A program made the translations under genes and the position numbers. From Moniliella sp. 'wahieum' (Eukaryota), in contig RSEE01000022.1 of the NCBI GenBank assembly GCA_003971905.1, positions 1-64,000 on the forward strand: 64,000 nucleotides of DNA, in the 5' to 3' direction. The notes under the pieces are model-generated. The model ran no database searches. It saw only the letters and a list, made by a program, of their open reading frames with translations, and had not been told where the DNA came from. This document shows, one piece after another, positions 10,653 through 24,700 of this stretch. Each line of letters starts with the position of its first letter. The stretch's first letter is position 1.

Positions 10653-13345
10653 ATGGCGGGGCTTGGGGTGGGCATCAACTATTAAGTGGTGGGCTATATA
10701 CCCAATTAACCGCTGACAAAAGTTGTCTGTGGGGTACAAGATTTCGGGAACCGCCAACCTGCTGAAACGGCTTTACAAACTCCTGTGTACTGCTGTATAG
10801 CGGGCCATCGTCGTTCCTTACATCGGCACAGTCGCGCCGAGTCCTGACTGGAGCAGACGCGCATGAAAAGCTCTCTCACATTGATGTTGGGCTCCGATAT
10901 CTTTTCTTTATCGTCAGTTGGGGTTTTTGACTTATTAACACACTTCAATCCAGCTCTTCTCGTCATCTCGGTTCCTCGCATGGAGCTCTCAGTGTGCACA
11001 GTCATCACATTACGCACGTAGTTTGCCACGGACTATGTTTCACGCCGTTCCCATCGGTTTTGTTACGGGTCACTGTGGGCTCGCCTAAACAACCCTCTCT
11101 CTCCGTGGAGCGTCAACGAAGTGTGCTTCCTTTTCTGTCCGGGCGGCCAAGATCGAATCCCTTCCGTATGGCTGAGGAGATCTGTATGTGAGCTTTGAGC
11201 GCCTACTGATTTTATTCTACTTCAAAACTACTTGACCTTTGGTCTGTACGAAAGTGAGCTCTAGGGTAAGCTGCCGATTTGGACATCCGTTTCCTGATCC
11301 GGGTGTCTCGTTTTCGTTGTGAGGTTCCCTATCATGCATTTTACTACGTTCTTGCTGAGAAAGGGCAGAGAACCTGCCCGTTACTTTGGGTGTTCTTTCG
11401 TGTTTTATTGTTCCACTGTTCCTGTTCCTAGGGATCATTTCCCTGCTTATTGTTCTGTGCTCTTTTCGAGAGCCATTCGTCGTTATTCCTGGCTATGTCT
11501 ACGTTTTAGGTTGCTCCCTACTGAAATTCCTGTCTGAGTATAGCCTATTCTCTGCCCCTCCCCTAGCGTGCCATTTTGTCTCTTCATCTTCTCACGAATC
11601 CGTCCTTGGCCATCAGACAACACCCCGTTACTCCCTGCAGTTCACAATCCCACCGACCTTCTCAGCGACCACCTCTCATCCTGGTCTCCCGGAACCCCTT
11701 CGTACGGGCATCCTTTGCCGTCGATCTTCCTCTCCAGATTTCACAGTCTCCACTGTACCTATCCCGCTGCGATTCTACAAGTGTTGAGTTGTGCTGTGAC
11801 AGGACCTGTCCGTCCCTGTTTTGTCTGCGCCAACCTTCTGGCCAACTTTCCACGGTTCTGTGTCTACACGTACGCTAATCTCGCTCGTTCTGGTGCATAC
11901 GCACCCTTGCCACGCGCGCCGACGCCCCAATTGAGAGGCATAACCTCATCTGTAGCTCCGTTCGGGTCCGCCAATAGCGTTCTCAAGCTAAATAAACCGC
12001 GGGCTCTCTTCCTCCAAGGGAAAGCACCCCTAAGCCGTGTGCGTTGAGCTCCAGTGACAGTTCCGCCTTATGTTAACTTGTAGGACGCGGGCAACTTCGG
12101 GGGGAAAGAAGGGAGAAAGTGACCCAATAAGGACAAATCGAACCCACACAGTCTCAGTAGCCTTACGAGACAAAGATGTGCTTGACCACTGCACTATTGA
12201 GTCTGCATGGGAGCGTCCGGAGGATTGAATATGATTGACTTGTGGACCTCTGGGCAAAACACTATACTCAGGGACGGGTTTCCCCACAAGCGTCCTTGTG
12301 GGGGGTGGGCGTTGGGGGAGGGAGCGACACCACAGCTGCTTTCAGTTCTCATTCGGGCTTCGTCTGGGCCATGTTCGACCCGGCCGATGGAAAGACAGCG
12401 GGGTCTTGGCAGACGGGTGGGCCGGCCAGGTGGAGTATAGTAGGCAGAGGCACTTTGGCTGCATCCGGCATCTGCCCGCGAAACAGAGCTGGGGAGACAT
12501 CACACAATCATCCACCGGCCACATCCTCCACCACCATGTCATCATCGCTCACCGGCCTCACCGGTCACGGCCTTACCATCATCTGCACATCGATGCGTTT
12601 TCTTGAGACGCCACGGGTGCTGGGGTTGTGTCCGTGGGGCGTGGGCCACACGCAGGCCATAAATCCGACGAAATGCCGATGATGTCCGAGGAGGCACGAG
12701 GCCGCGGGAAAAAGACGTCACGCGTCACACCCTCATACGCCATGCACTACGTCACTGTTCAACGTTTACCGTTCATCGATCAGCTATAGAGGAGCCCCGC
12801 CTTGGATGGCGATCGGAGCGCCGAACTGCCTTGTTGTTCGGTTTCTTTTTTTCGGGTAACATCCCTATCGTTTAACTACGATGCACTCATCCCGGCTGTA
12901 TTACCTGCCATATTACGCTCAACGCGCCTCCTGCCCGGCGGAGGTAAGGCAGTGGTAACCGCGGTAAGGCCCAGGCCTCAAGCCTCTACCCACGCTTCGG
13001 CCTCTCGAATAGAGCTAATGGAGGCCGGGTTTCTTCCGGACCCGAGAGGCAGGCCAGTCACAAACGAAAGGAGGGTGCCGCGGAATGCTCTCTGCTCGGC
13101 GAAACAATGGTGGATGAGGCCATGAGGTCTAAGACGGCAAAGGCGTGCGCGCGAGTCGTTTTGCTATATAGTCGCTTGCTGTCAAGCCCCATACCCCATA
13201 ACCCTTCCTCTGGTCCCTCCGACAACCCGGGTATACACGCGCCTGCACCCCACCACCACCACCTCTGCCTTTGCTCCCTCCCACCTTGGACCTTCTGCAT
13301 TCGAAACACGATCTTGTCGTTGGATTCGAACTCACTTCGCTCGCC

Positions 13346-15083
13346 ATGACTGTTGACACGACCGGAATCGATTCGCCCGCCCCGCTTCGCCGGGAGCGGT
13401 TGAGCGTGGCCACACTCCAGGTGACGCCCGTAGACGAGGCGTTTGCGTCCAAGCAAAACACGTTGGAGGGCGAAAAGCCTGAGCGGCAAGCAGCGCAGGA
13501 CGACACCGACGCCGACGTCGAACAGCAGCAGGCCTCTAGCGCGCCCGCCTCCGCCTCGGAACTGCAGTTTCGCGCTCATGCGCTGTTTGACCCGCGTCTG
13601 CGGCCCATGATCAAGATGGTCATCAAGGGTCTAGTACCCATGGTTGCCATTCTGTGTGTGGTAGTCATTTGGGGTCTCTTGCCCGTTTACGTACGTCTGC
13701 CATGCTTCTTCTTGACCGTCGTGCCGAGTCTGGCGGTTTGTTCTGAGATGATCTTCGGTGATGTGCTAACTATTGGGGGTGGGAACTGCAGTGGGGCTCG
13801 TTGTACAAGCTCACGCCGCGTCGATTGCCAGCGTGGGTTGTGAATGGGGATGTGGGGGGTGCGATTGGGGAGGCGGTGGAGCAAGGGATCCTGACGCAGC
13901 CAGGGAATGCGATGCGGATGAAGTGGTCCAGTCGGTCGGCAGTGCAGTACCCGACAGCCGGGATTGAGCATGCGGTGGTGCGGGAACAAGAGGCGTGGAT
14001 GGTGGTGCAAGTGGCAACGAATGCGACACAGCGCCTGATCACTGCCCAGACCACGGGCGACACGAGCTTTGATCCAACGAGCCTCATCACGCTGTACTAC
14101 ACCTCGGCACGCAACTTTAATGCAGCGGCGACGTACATCAAGGATCCGACGGTTGACATGTTGGAGGGCATTCTGGCCACGCTTACCGAAGACCTAACCG
14201 CCTCCTGGTTTGCCCGTCTTCAAGGCGCCTCGAATGCTACTGCCATCCTGGAGGCCGCCGGGCGGGCACCGCGAACGATTGGCCAACCGGTTCGATACAC
14301 CGTACGGGATCTGCGACCGTTTGACCAAAGTGTAACGGTGGCCACCACGTTTGTCGGGCTGATCTACACGGCATCTTGACGTTCAACGTGGCCATGGCGC
14401 TGTATGGACTGCGACAAGGCTTGCAAGTGTATCTCACCCCGCGTGCGCTGTTGCTGATGCGGTTGGGTGGGCCGGTCGTGGTCTATGTACCGATCGCGCT
14501 GTTGTTCTCCATGATCAACTTGCCGTTTCAAGTCAACTTTGCCGCCATGGGCCCAACGAATGCGGCGGGGTTTTTTGCGTTTTTTGCCGCGACCTATACG
14601 GGCTTTTTGGTCACCGGCTTTTGGATCGAAAGTCTTCTCTCAGTGCTCACCATCCGCCTCGCGGTGATTGGACTGGTCATGGTCATTTGTACGGGGGTGG
14701 CTGGGGCCAACTACCCGATTGAGATGTTGAATTCGTTCTGTACGTTAACGCTATCCCTTGCCTCTTCTGATCATTGTCGACTGGCTATTACTTGGCCCTC
14801 CGCCTCTCTGGTGTGCGTTTGCTAACAATCGGTACGCTTTTGTATGTCGTTTCTGGTCATTACAGACAAGTGGGAGTACGCCATGCCGTTCTACAATCTC
14901 AAGCAGATCTATACGACGATCATCTTCGATGTGGGAGTGCCCGTCAAGGTGATTATGAAGTCGATGGGCATTCTGTGGGCTTGGCTGTTGCTCCTCGCGC
15001 TCACCTTCCCCGTTTGGGCGCTGCACGAGCAACGCGTGGCGATCAAGGCGCGCGGTGGGCCGGTTCGACGTTGGCCCCTGTAA
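13346..15083 (+). CDS. SNG1-like / DUF3533 multipass membrane protein
   Basis: N-terminal TM (VAILCVVVIWGLLPVY|WGSLYK), luminal WMVVQV and LYYTSARN, DLRPFD...ATTFVGLIY, then several TMs and YAMPFYN. Introns at ~13691-13789 and ~14740-14865. Confidence 0.8.
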
Positions 15084-16521
15084 GCAAACTGTTATGCATA
15101 GCTCCGACCATGCATCACTGCCAGCATCCCCATTCTGCTACTTGTTACCTGTTACCCCTTCAATGCTTTCCCACCGCCCCCAAGCGCCCGTTTCTCAATA
15201 TGCATATGTATTTCACTCGCTGTGTATAGGGCAGGCAGAGAACAGTAGTGACATGTGGCTCAGTTCCCCGCCCTTCAACAATGGATCTGAATCATGGACG
15301 TAGAAGTGACGAGACTTTCCTCCGTTTTCACATTGTTTCTCAGTACCTTGGGGGCTGTGGCTGACATGCTCGTCCAGCCCGCAGCCATCGGGAGCAGCAC
15401 GTACGTTGTGGCGCCGGTCGAGACCCTCCCGCTTGGCTGCTCGAGCGAGTGCACCAAGAGGCGCATGGGCGTACCCAAGCCGCCAGAGCCGGGCGGGAAG
15501 GGCTAACTGTACGGGGGCGGCAATGCGGTAGCTGCTCGCGGCTCAGCACGGATCAAGCTTCAACCGGTCCTTTTGCCCACGGGGGCGGGTAGGAGCTGCT
15601 ACTGCAGTGACGGGGCAGCGGCGGGCGTCGTCCGGAGCGTGCTGGATACTGTTGGGACACTAGTGCGGTGTGCCAAAGGCATAGCCGGACTCTGGCGCTC
15701 CCAGCCACTTCAATCCAGCGGCTAGCTCCGCTAGTTCCGCTCGGGCGGAAATGTGGCTGGCTGACTGGTCTCCTATCTAGCAGCCCCGGCAGTCGTAGCT
15801 CTTAGTTTCCCTCTTCCACTCCCTCCTCCTCCTCCCTCTCCGCTACTCTCTACTATCGCTCACCAGCAATCAATCCCTATCGTCTATTGACCCAGTTCTT
15901 GATTGCTGTCTCGCTTGGCATCGGGATCCGGTCACATCAATACTCTGCCCAAAAGAAGACGGTAGCGGGGGCGGGAGGGCGCATGTGGTGGGTCTTGGCT
16001 TCCGCATTACTTGGAACCAGCTACGCTCGTCCGCGCTCTGGGGACCATTTGACTGACCATCTGTATTTTGCTGTAGCCTGCCCGTCGGAGCGTGCGCTGT
16101 TTGCCCGGCCCAAACCCCAAACCCAAGGGCCAAGGGCCAAGACCAGCAGCACTCGACATGTAGCTGAAGTACCCCATGGCGCCACGCGCACGAGCACAGG
16201 ACGCCAGCCGAGGTCGCAGCTGCAGAATCTGTAATCGATAACCGAGATCTTGGACGGATGGGTCGCAGACTCAGCGCTCAGCGTCTCAGGGGAATCAGGA
16301 TCAGATCTCAGAGCGAGTCCCTGGAATATAGTACAACTAGCCAGAGTAGTGTAGTGGGATAGGCGCGTAGCGGCCCATATACAAAAGGATTATAAGGCGG
16401 GGAGGGGGGGGAGCAGGAGGAGTGTGGCGGCGCGGCCGAGGGTACCGGTCACCTTCGAGGGTGGAGGGTGGAGGGCACCGGGCACCACACGCCGGCACCG
16501 GATACTGGACCCAGGGCCTGG

Positions 16522-19500
16522 TTAGGCTTCCTCGCCCTCGGGGATCCACAGCAGTCCCTCTGGTCCGAGGGGGAGGGTAGTGGAGTGGGTGGAGCGAAGG
16601 CCGAGGAAGCGGGTGAGATCAGCAAGGACGTCAGTCGCGATTTCTTTCACCTCGGCGGAGGAGCCTTGGCACGCGCACTGGGCCAAGGTGCGGCGCAGTG
16701 CCATAGCCTGATCCAGCAGCGGCGTCAGCTCTGCGCTCGTTTCGCCCGGGCAAAACAGCGCCTTGTTCCGTCCGAGCAGACGGAGAAACAAGAGCCATTC
16801 CCCGGCGGCGGTAACGAGCGACAGGGCAGCTTGGTCCGCGGCCAAGCTCAGCGCAAGCTCCCCCCGTTCGATCGGCAGGTCCAGAACGAGGCGGAGGCAG
16901 GCCCGGACTGCAGTGCGCGTGCCCAGCATGTCGCCTCCGTTTTGCAGGGACGAGAGGAGGGAGAGGGCATAGGCATGCGCGCGGTAGCAAGGTCCGACGA
17001 GAAGAAGGACCAAAGGGAGAAGGTGATTTGGGTAAGGTAGTAGGCCGGCGTCCCGCTCACCCTGCCCTGTCCGAGTGCAGTAAGGAGCATGGCAATTTCC
17101 TCCTTCGTCTCGGCCTCGGCGACATCAACCGACAGCAGCCCAGCCTGCTTGCGACGGAAAAACTCCGAGACAAAGGCGTTGATGTCCACCCCAGCGACGG
17201 TTCGTCTTCCACCTCCCTCATATTGCGTGCGCGAGCAGAAAACGTCGTAGGACTGCCAACGTAATGACGGAGGGGAAGAGCAACGTCCAGAGACGGTGCA
17301 AGCGCTGCATCTGGATCGCGTTGGAGACCATCTTGAGCGGGCAGGAAATGAAGGTGCGCATTTCCTCGTCAGAGCCAAGCAGCGATGCTGCCTCCGCCTC
17401 CGTAGGGCACAGGGACAGTGCCCTCTCCAACGGAAGAGCCAGCACGTCCTCGAGCCAAGCGGGCTTTCCCTCGGCACATTGGGCACGAGCCCAGTAAGAG
17501 CGGGAGTAGCTCCGTGCCACGCTGCCAACCGCGTTCAGGGGCGAGCCTAGACGACCGAGCGCAAGACCAAGCAGTGCATGAACCTCAACGACAGAGAAAC
17601 CTGTTGCGGGTTCCGGTACCTCTTGCGGGTTCCCCTCCCCATTCAGCAGTTTTGGTTCGTCCGAGTCTCCCTCCGCCTCATCCCACATCCCTGCAATCTT
17701 ACCGACACATACAATCGTGTGAGCCTTGAGTACGAGAGAGCGCTGGGCGAAGGGCCCCCAGGTGGTTTCGATGGCCAACAACTTGATCCAAGCGTGGACC
17801 TCGTCACGCTTCGTCGCCATGTCCCACTGAGTGGTCGGGCGCGATGAATATGCCAAGGCCAACAAGTCCTTGACCAATGCGACAGCAGCACTGAGGGACC
17901 CGTTGGGCGCGAGAAGAAATGAGCGAAGTGCCACATCCATCCTCACTGGGTTGACGGGGGGAGAGTCCAAACAAGCACGAAGGTCGGCCCTGCGCTGGGA
18001 AAGGGGAGTAGTCCGTCGCCTCTTACCCTGCTGAAGTGAGGAAGATTGCTTGGTGAGCGTCCGGAACAGGGGATAGAGCACAAACAGAACGCAGCCGACG
18101 AAAGAGATGAACCGAACCACCTCGACCACCAAATGAACCAGTGGGACATGATCATAATGGTGTGCGCCTGAAGAGGCAAAAGAAGCGCGCTTGAGCAGTT
18201 GCTGGCTGGCACTAGCAGCACGGGCAGCTGCATGCGGAGAGGCTGGGTGGTGCAAGTCGGTGGAAGAACCAACGAGGGTAAGACCCAAGAAGGCCGCCAT
18301 TACATACGACCCTGTCGGGTTGGACTGTGGTGCCGTTCGGTTGGCGAGCTGGACATGTCATCGTCCGAATCCAGCAGATAATCCTCCAGTCCGTTTCCGT
18401 TCGACTGGTCCTCCTCCTTGATAGGCACCAAAGCCTCGAGACGAGCCTTTTCCGCCCCCGCTCTTGGCGAGTTTGTTCCATCTCATGCAGCCAAACAAGC
18501 AGTACGTCCTCCCCTCCTTGGAGAGAGCGGATCAATTCCTTCAGTCCTTCCGACTCGGACGAGAGCTGAGTTTCACGGCGTTTAAGATGATGAATGTAAT
18601 CGGTCGCCTTACCCAGAATAGTCGCCTTGTTCAGTTTGGTCGCTGCACTGATCCCGTCGACCAAGTCCTCAGGGTCCCCTTTTTTCTTTGGCTTGCGCGG
18701 GAGAAGGGAAGTGGAACCACCATTGTTCTTGGGAGTCAGGTTACTGAGCGCGGGTACGGCCGCCCGCAGAGTGGCAAAGCGTTCGTTGATGTTGTCGCGG
18801 TAACGCCGCTCGATCGCATTGTGGGGCACTTTATCGTCGGGGTCGGACACTTTCCTCCGGGCACGCCGGCGGTTCTTTTCCGAGTTTGAAGAGTTCGCCT
18901 GCGTCTGGAGAAGAAAGTCCGGTGGCTGGCTGGCTTGGCGGACGAGCCGCTCTTGCTGCCGATACTGGAGTTGGATCATGACTGAGGATACGTTGTCAAA
19001 CGCTGTAAAAAAAGAAAAAAGGACCGATGGCGTTAGTTTGACCTTCTCAGCACCAAACGATCGCAGTTTCCACGCGCCACGCATAAATAGAGTGCCGTCT
19101 CAATCAGACCAGATGGGTCCGATAGGTGGATCCACACGTATAAGGCCAGCAGGCCGGAGGAGAGATAAATAGACAAGACGTACCTTCGGGCGGGAGGATG
19201 TTCCACTGATCCACGTCTTCACTTTTCGCTTGGTCCTTGGCATGGATGGTGAGCTTGTGGGCCAACGAGGTTTCCGACTTGATTTTCTGGCCCGGGCGCT
19301 CCAGCAGAGGGGGCACGGTTGGCTTGGCCATGCCGTGCTTTAGTGCCAAGTCCTTTGGTGTTCCATCAAGAGTCACTGCCCGTGCGCGGCCACGGCGGAT
19401 GGGACCAAGTCCAGAGGGCATGGCTGCCGGCGGAGCTGCCTCTCGCTTTGGGCCCCGCGAGGAGGGGCGTCCATCGAACGAAGCAGGGGGTGAGGCCGAT

Positions 19501-20421
19501 TTGGCCTTAGAGGGGGCCGGTGGAGGTAGGCCAGGGTGGAACGAGGGCATGGACGGCATCCCAGCGGGCATAGACATGGGGACATTCGGGTGGCAAACCC
19601 ACTTCCAGCTACCGAGTTGGAGAAGGGAGCATCGGGCAAGCCCATTGGCTGGGATTGAGACTGAGACTGAGACTGAGACTGTGGCTGAGACTGGGATTGG
19701 GGTTGCGGCTGGGACGGGGACTGGGACTGCTGGAACGACATGAGCTCGGCGACATCTACCGAACCGGGGGGCGCAGGCATGCCCATCGCCGGCATGAAGG
19801 GGGCATAGGCACTTTGGCCCGAAGCCGACTGGGCAGCGGACATGGCGAGCGCCTGGGGTGGCTGCCACATTTGCGGGGGCGTCTGTTGCGGCAGTTGTTG
19901 CTGCGGCATGCCAGCAAAGGCAAAGGGGTCGAAGAGGGTGTTTGGGGAGCGGGCAGGCATGGGATTGGAGGCGAACTGGGGGTTGCCGCCAAAGGAGGTG
20001 AGGAGTGAGTTGACGTCGAGCCCCATCTGGGGATACTGGGCCTCCTGGACCAGCAGGGAGCCCTGCTGCGGCGGCGGCTGGGACGACGCAGTGGCGGAAG
20101 GGGCGGAGGAGTTGCTGGCGCTGTAGGGCGAGACGGTGGGGGTGCTGAGGTCGGAGGCGCGGTCGGGCTGGAGGTGGGGGGAGGTGGCGGTGGCGGGGCG
20201 GTGGCGGTGGGCGGGGGCTGGAAGGGGAGGGAGGCGGGGGCGGGGGGCGGGAAGAGCATGTTCTGGAACGAGGCGGGCGTGTCGGGCTGCGGCGGGTGCT
20301 GTGGCGGGGGCGGGTGTCGCGGCGAGGCCGACGTTGTCGAGGTACATGGCGAGGCTGGCGTCGTAGGGGGGCTGTGTGCCGAGGCCCCAGGCGGGCGGGG
20401 CGAGTGGGGGCGGGACGCCAT
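16522..20421 (-). CDS. SRE1: SREBP-type (Sre1-like) membrane-bound bHLH transcription factor (frameshifted; start approximate)
   Basis: bHLH KVPHNAIERRYRDNINERFATLRAAVP...KLNKATILGKATDYIHHL with the SREBP-diagnostic Tyr (ERRYR). Two hydrophobic segments (MAAFLGLTLVG; VVRFISFVGCVLFVLYPLF), a long C-terminal domain and a Q/P-rich N-terminus. Intron ~19003-19183. Confidence 0.85.
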
Positions 20422-20961
20422 GGAGGCGGTGGTGGTGGAGGTGGAGGTGGCGGTGGGACTGGAGGTGTGCTGTGGCTGCGGAAGCACGCCTGCATGCAGC
20501 AGGCACCCCAGGGCAGCAATCGGGCAGGCGTGTCTGAGCGCTGCGGCTGCTGGCTGGCGCGGTGCGGTGCCTGAGGCCTGAGCCGCTGCTCCGGCCGGGG
20601 CGGAGAGCTGGAAACGGGACGGGAGCGCTCTGGGCTTCTGAGCGCTCAGGCTGAGCCTCCGCCCAGCCCAGCCGCCGCCGGGCCGAGCCGGGTTGGGGTT
20701 GCGTTGGCAGCTTGAGTACTCAACTTTTAGGAGTGGCCTACTGCCGGAGCGCTCCCAGGGCGAAGACGCGTGGCGGCTACGGCCGGCTGCTGCCGTGCCT
20801 CGGACTCAGTACGTACCGCACCAGCTGTCACATGTCGCATGTGGCACGTGACTAGTGACTGACTGCTGGCTGGCTGGCTGCCAACCTGTCACACGTCCCC
20901 GGCGAAACACCATCGGGCCCTGTCACCGGTGACCACCATCCACACCCGCCCACGCCAAAAA

Positions 20962-21061
20962 TGATCGAACCCGGGATCGAACCGGGGACCTTACGCGTCT
21001 CAACGAGACCTGCTGCTCCAGGATGTGAAGCGTACGTCATGACCAGCTAGACCATCCGACC
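20962..21061 (-). tRNA. tRNA-Val(CAC) with 26-nt intron
   Basis: Reverse complement: GGTCGGA TG GTCT AGCTGGTCA TGAC G TACGC TT CAC A [26 nt] C GCGTA AGGTC CCCGG TTCGATC CCGGG TTCGATC A, then TTTTT. Confidence 0.95.
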
Positions 21062-21790
21062 GTGATGCTCAGCCTGTTTCCTCTTCCGTCGTCTGTTCCC
21101 CCGGGGCATGATCATATTAGCCCAACAACATCGATTCCAAACCCATGAACGCATCCGCATCCGCCTCCGCCTTACCCAGGCCCGAGCGCGTCAATTCCTT
21201 GTAACGCACTCCGGATTCGATGGGAAAGAGCCTGGTAGGGCAGTGTTAGGCACCACTTTCCCTGTCCCACACTTGCGTTTTGCAAATGATATCAAGCTTC
21301 AAGCCAATAACAGGAAGAGTAAGCTACCAACCCACACAATAGTAAGCGCCGTTAGCGAACGCTGCTGGAGTGGCGCACTGAAAATGCTGAACTAGACCAC
21401 GTTGAATCTTAAAGTGAACTACCAGAACAGCCGGGAACCTTATCGCATGGGAACCCCATCAACGTCAACGTCGTCGCTGATTCCTAAAACAGAGGGTCAA
21501 AACGCATCCGCCATCCTGCCCGTGCCAGTCCCCCGCCCCTTGTCCCCCAGCAACCACCTGATCAACAATTCGAATTACATTAGTTCCGTCCCATGTCCCC
21601 CACCCTCCCCCACGCCTCCCATCGACCTACGAGCCCAAGGCAGAGAGGAATCGGCGAGAGAGAACCCGGCCCCAAATGAAATACCTCGCCTAGCCTGGTC
21701 TGGTCTAGCCTGGTCTGGTTTCGCCTCGCCTGGCCCCAGGGTGCAACAAGTCGGGTGACCAGCGGGTCGTTCAACGTTCATCGATCACGC

Positions 21791-24700
21791 TCACCACTTT
21801 CGCTTGGCCCGGGGCTTCTTCTTAGGCCGCCGTTCGTCGTTTGATTCGTCGCCGTTTTCACGGCGATGTTTATCGTCGGCCTTGGCGGCCTTGCGTTCCA
21901 AGTCGTCCCAGTCCTCGCCCTCGTCAGGCGGACCCCGAGTCGTCCGAGGCGTCCTGATCAAAGTCGGACTCGGACCGTTCGGTCGACTCGTCCTCTGAGC
22001 CAGTTGGCCTGCCATCGGTTGGGAAAAGCCCGACCCCTGGTCCGACTCGGACGAGGCGTCTTGGTCGTCCGAGCTGGCCTGGAGGAAGGCCCAACCACCG
22101 ACGCGGAAGAGTTCGGCCGGATCCTCCTGCACCGTCTTGATGATCGCGGTCCAGTTGAGGTTGACCTGGCCGACCGAGAGCGGGATGTCGACCGAGTCGA
22201 GCCACTCCTTGATGCTGTCCAGCTACTGGCTCGGGATCGAGTTGAGATGCACCACAGACTTCGAGTAATCCTTCAAGACAAAGACCAAGTCAAAGTTCTT
22301 CAGGCCGTACTGCACGCGTTCGAGGTGAGCGATTTCCACCTCGGCCAGCGTCAGAACAAAGAACGGCGGCTCAGACAGGTGAACCAGAGCATCCATCGTC
22401 GGTGCCACCAGCACCGAGCTGCAGAACGGAACCGCATTAAAGGCCAGCTCGCGGAAGGGCACATTCATCCCCCGGCCTCGGCAGGCCTCGGCAATCTTCT
22501 GGGTAAAGGCCTTGAACTCCTTGTTGAGCTAGTGCCGGTGCCTCCGCTCCTCGTTTTCCAGTTCAATCTCATGGTCGTCGCCGGTCCAATTCTTGCGTTT
22601 GCGGGTGCCCGTCTCGTCAAATGGCACGTCGCTGGCCTCGCGGAAAAAACTGCATGTCACGCGCCTTCTTTATACCGTCCATGATGGGATGCTTCAAGTG
22701 CACATGCACAAGCACAATCAACTCCTTTTCCGTCGGCAGGCTGAAAAAAGAGATGCTTAATGTTGCTAAACAGCAAACCCACCCTCTGTTGTAACGGCGA
22801 AGTAAACCGGATGCCATTTTGATGGATCTCCAGGTCCCCAGGGACCCGCTTGCCCCCCAGCGCAGGGCGCGGGAACACCTCGCGCAGTACTGCGGGCGCT
22901 GCCTATTGAGGATCAGCTTCTCCTGCTCCACCACGTCGGCCAACTCCTTCTTCTCGGCCACGCGCTTGATCGCAGCCTTTTGAATTCGGTGATTTCCTTG
23001 TAGAGCTCAGCAAAATGGTACGCATCTTGGCTGAGGAAAGTCATGTTGCGAATAAACGTCGCATCTGGGTCCTCAAACGGCTGGTCCTCCTTCTTTCCCA
23101 AGATCTGGCCGAGGGAGAGGAAGTTAAAGCGGAGATAGGTCCATTCGCCCTCGTCGGATTGGGACAGATTCTTGAGGGTATGGATGTGGAGAACGGCACA
23201 GCAAAGCCGTAGATGGGAAGGATGGTTGACGAGAAGCGCGCTGGTCGAGGAAGATTTTGAGGTCTTTCGCTCGCGAAGGCACTACATGGTCTCCCTTGTA
23301 GCTCTCGAACCGCTTCCACACCTGGCCTCTTGATTGGTTTTCTCCCGTATATCGTCGTTGGCAAAGCGGGCGAGACCTTCCTCCTGCTTCTGCCGAGCGA
23401 GTTCTTTTGGTGCTCCTTGATGCGATTGTCCACACTATCCTCTTAGTTGGTGGTGCGGTTGGAGCTGCGCATGGGTCGCCCGGTAAACGACTCGAGCAGC
23501 GTATCATCCGTCTTGGCTTTTGGTTTGGGTTTGGGCTTCTTTTCCTCGCTCTCTTGGAAGAAGGAAAGGTTCGAGGTGGATTTGACCGCCGTCGTGAGGA
23601 ACGTCGCAGGTGCATTTTCGTTGATCCTTACGGTGCCGATGAGGAGGAGAGCGTAGATCTTACCCGGATGGTGGGGTCAGGGATGTTCTCCACGCTGAGA
23701 GTAAGGTCAAATACCATATCCTTCTTGATCTTCCGCTCGTTCCGCGAAGAAAGGAGGAAGGCCGAGCCGCGTAACTCGAGGCCCGTGGCAAAGCCAATCG
23801 ATTTGGTGAGATGGGAGGCCAGGTCGGCATCCTTGGATTGGAGGCATGCGACCCCTGGTTGTACACTTGTTTCCCGTTGCGCCCTCGCGGAAAAAGTCCG
23901 TGGCGACTTTTTGCTGGGTCTCAAGAAGGGAATAGGCAGCCGACTGCTTCTCGTGGGGGTCAACGAGATATGTACGACCTACGTTGGAACAATATGAGCG
24001 ATAACGAATGCCAACTTCGGCAATGATCACACTACCTCTCCATCAGCCCCCTCGAGACACTTATTGTGCTTTGGGCCGAAGTACGCAGATCATACTCGCC
24101 ACCACACATGATAATAGGGGTGTAGCACCAATCAGCATACGATGCGTCCGGACCAGGCAGAATGGCACTCTGCCTGCGCCAAAACCCATTGTCGTCCAGC
24201 TTGTTTTCCAAATTGAGCGCCAACTTTTCATGCGAAACCTTGCGTCCATCATCCAGGACGTTGGACATTCCTCCACAAACATAGTCTTCAGCAGCGCCGT
24301 CGATATCTTGGCCGCCGTACGAGCGGGGCCAACATCCAAGGAGGCCCATTTATTTGCGTCAATGGCCTTGCCCCAACTGTGGACCACTCCTCAGCAAACT
24401 TGCCCACGACCTTGTCCTTGACACCCACCTGGGCCGAGGTGGCGTCCTTGACCTGAGCAAAAAGTGTATCCCAGCCGGCCTGTGGCCGCCTCGTCCTTGG
24501 TCCGCTTGATAATCTCGATAGCGATGCCCTCCGTGTTTGGGCAAGCGGCTCGAGGAGTTGAGCTGGCAGGATCGTCAGCTCAGGCAGGCACATTTCGCAC
24601 GGGGGAAACATACCTTTGGCAGATGAAGTTACAAGGTAACCTTGTTCTTGGTGAGAAAAATGACGGTGGACAGGAACTCATAACCCAGAAGCCAAACCTG

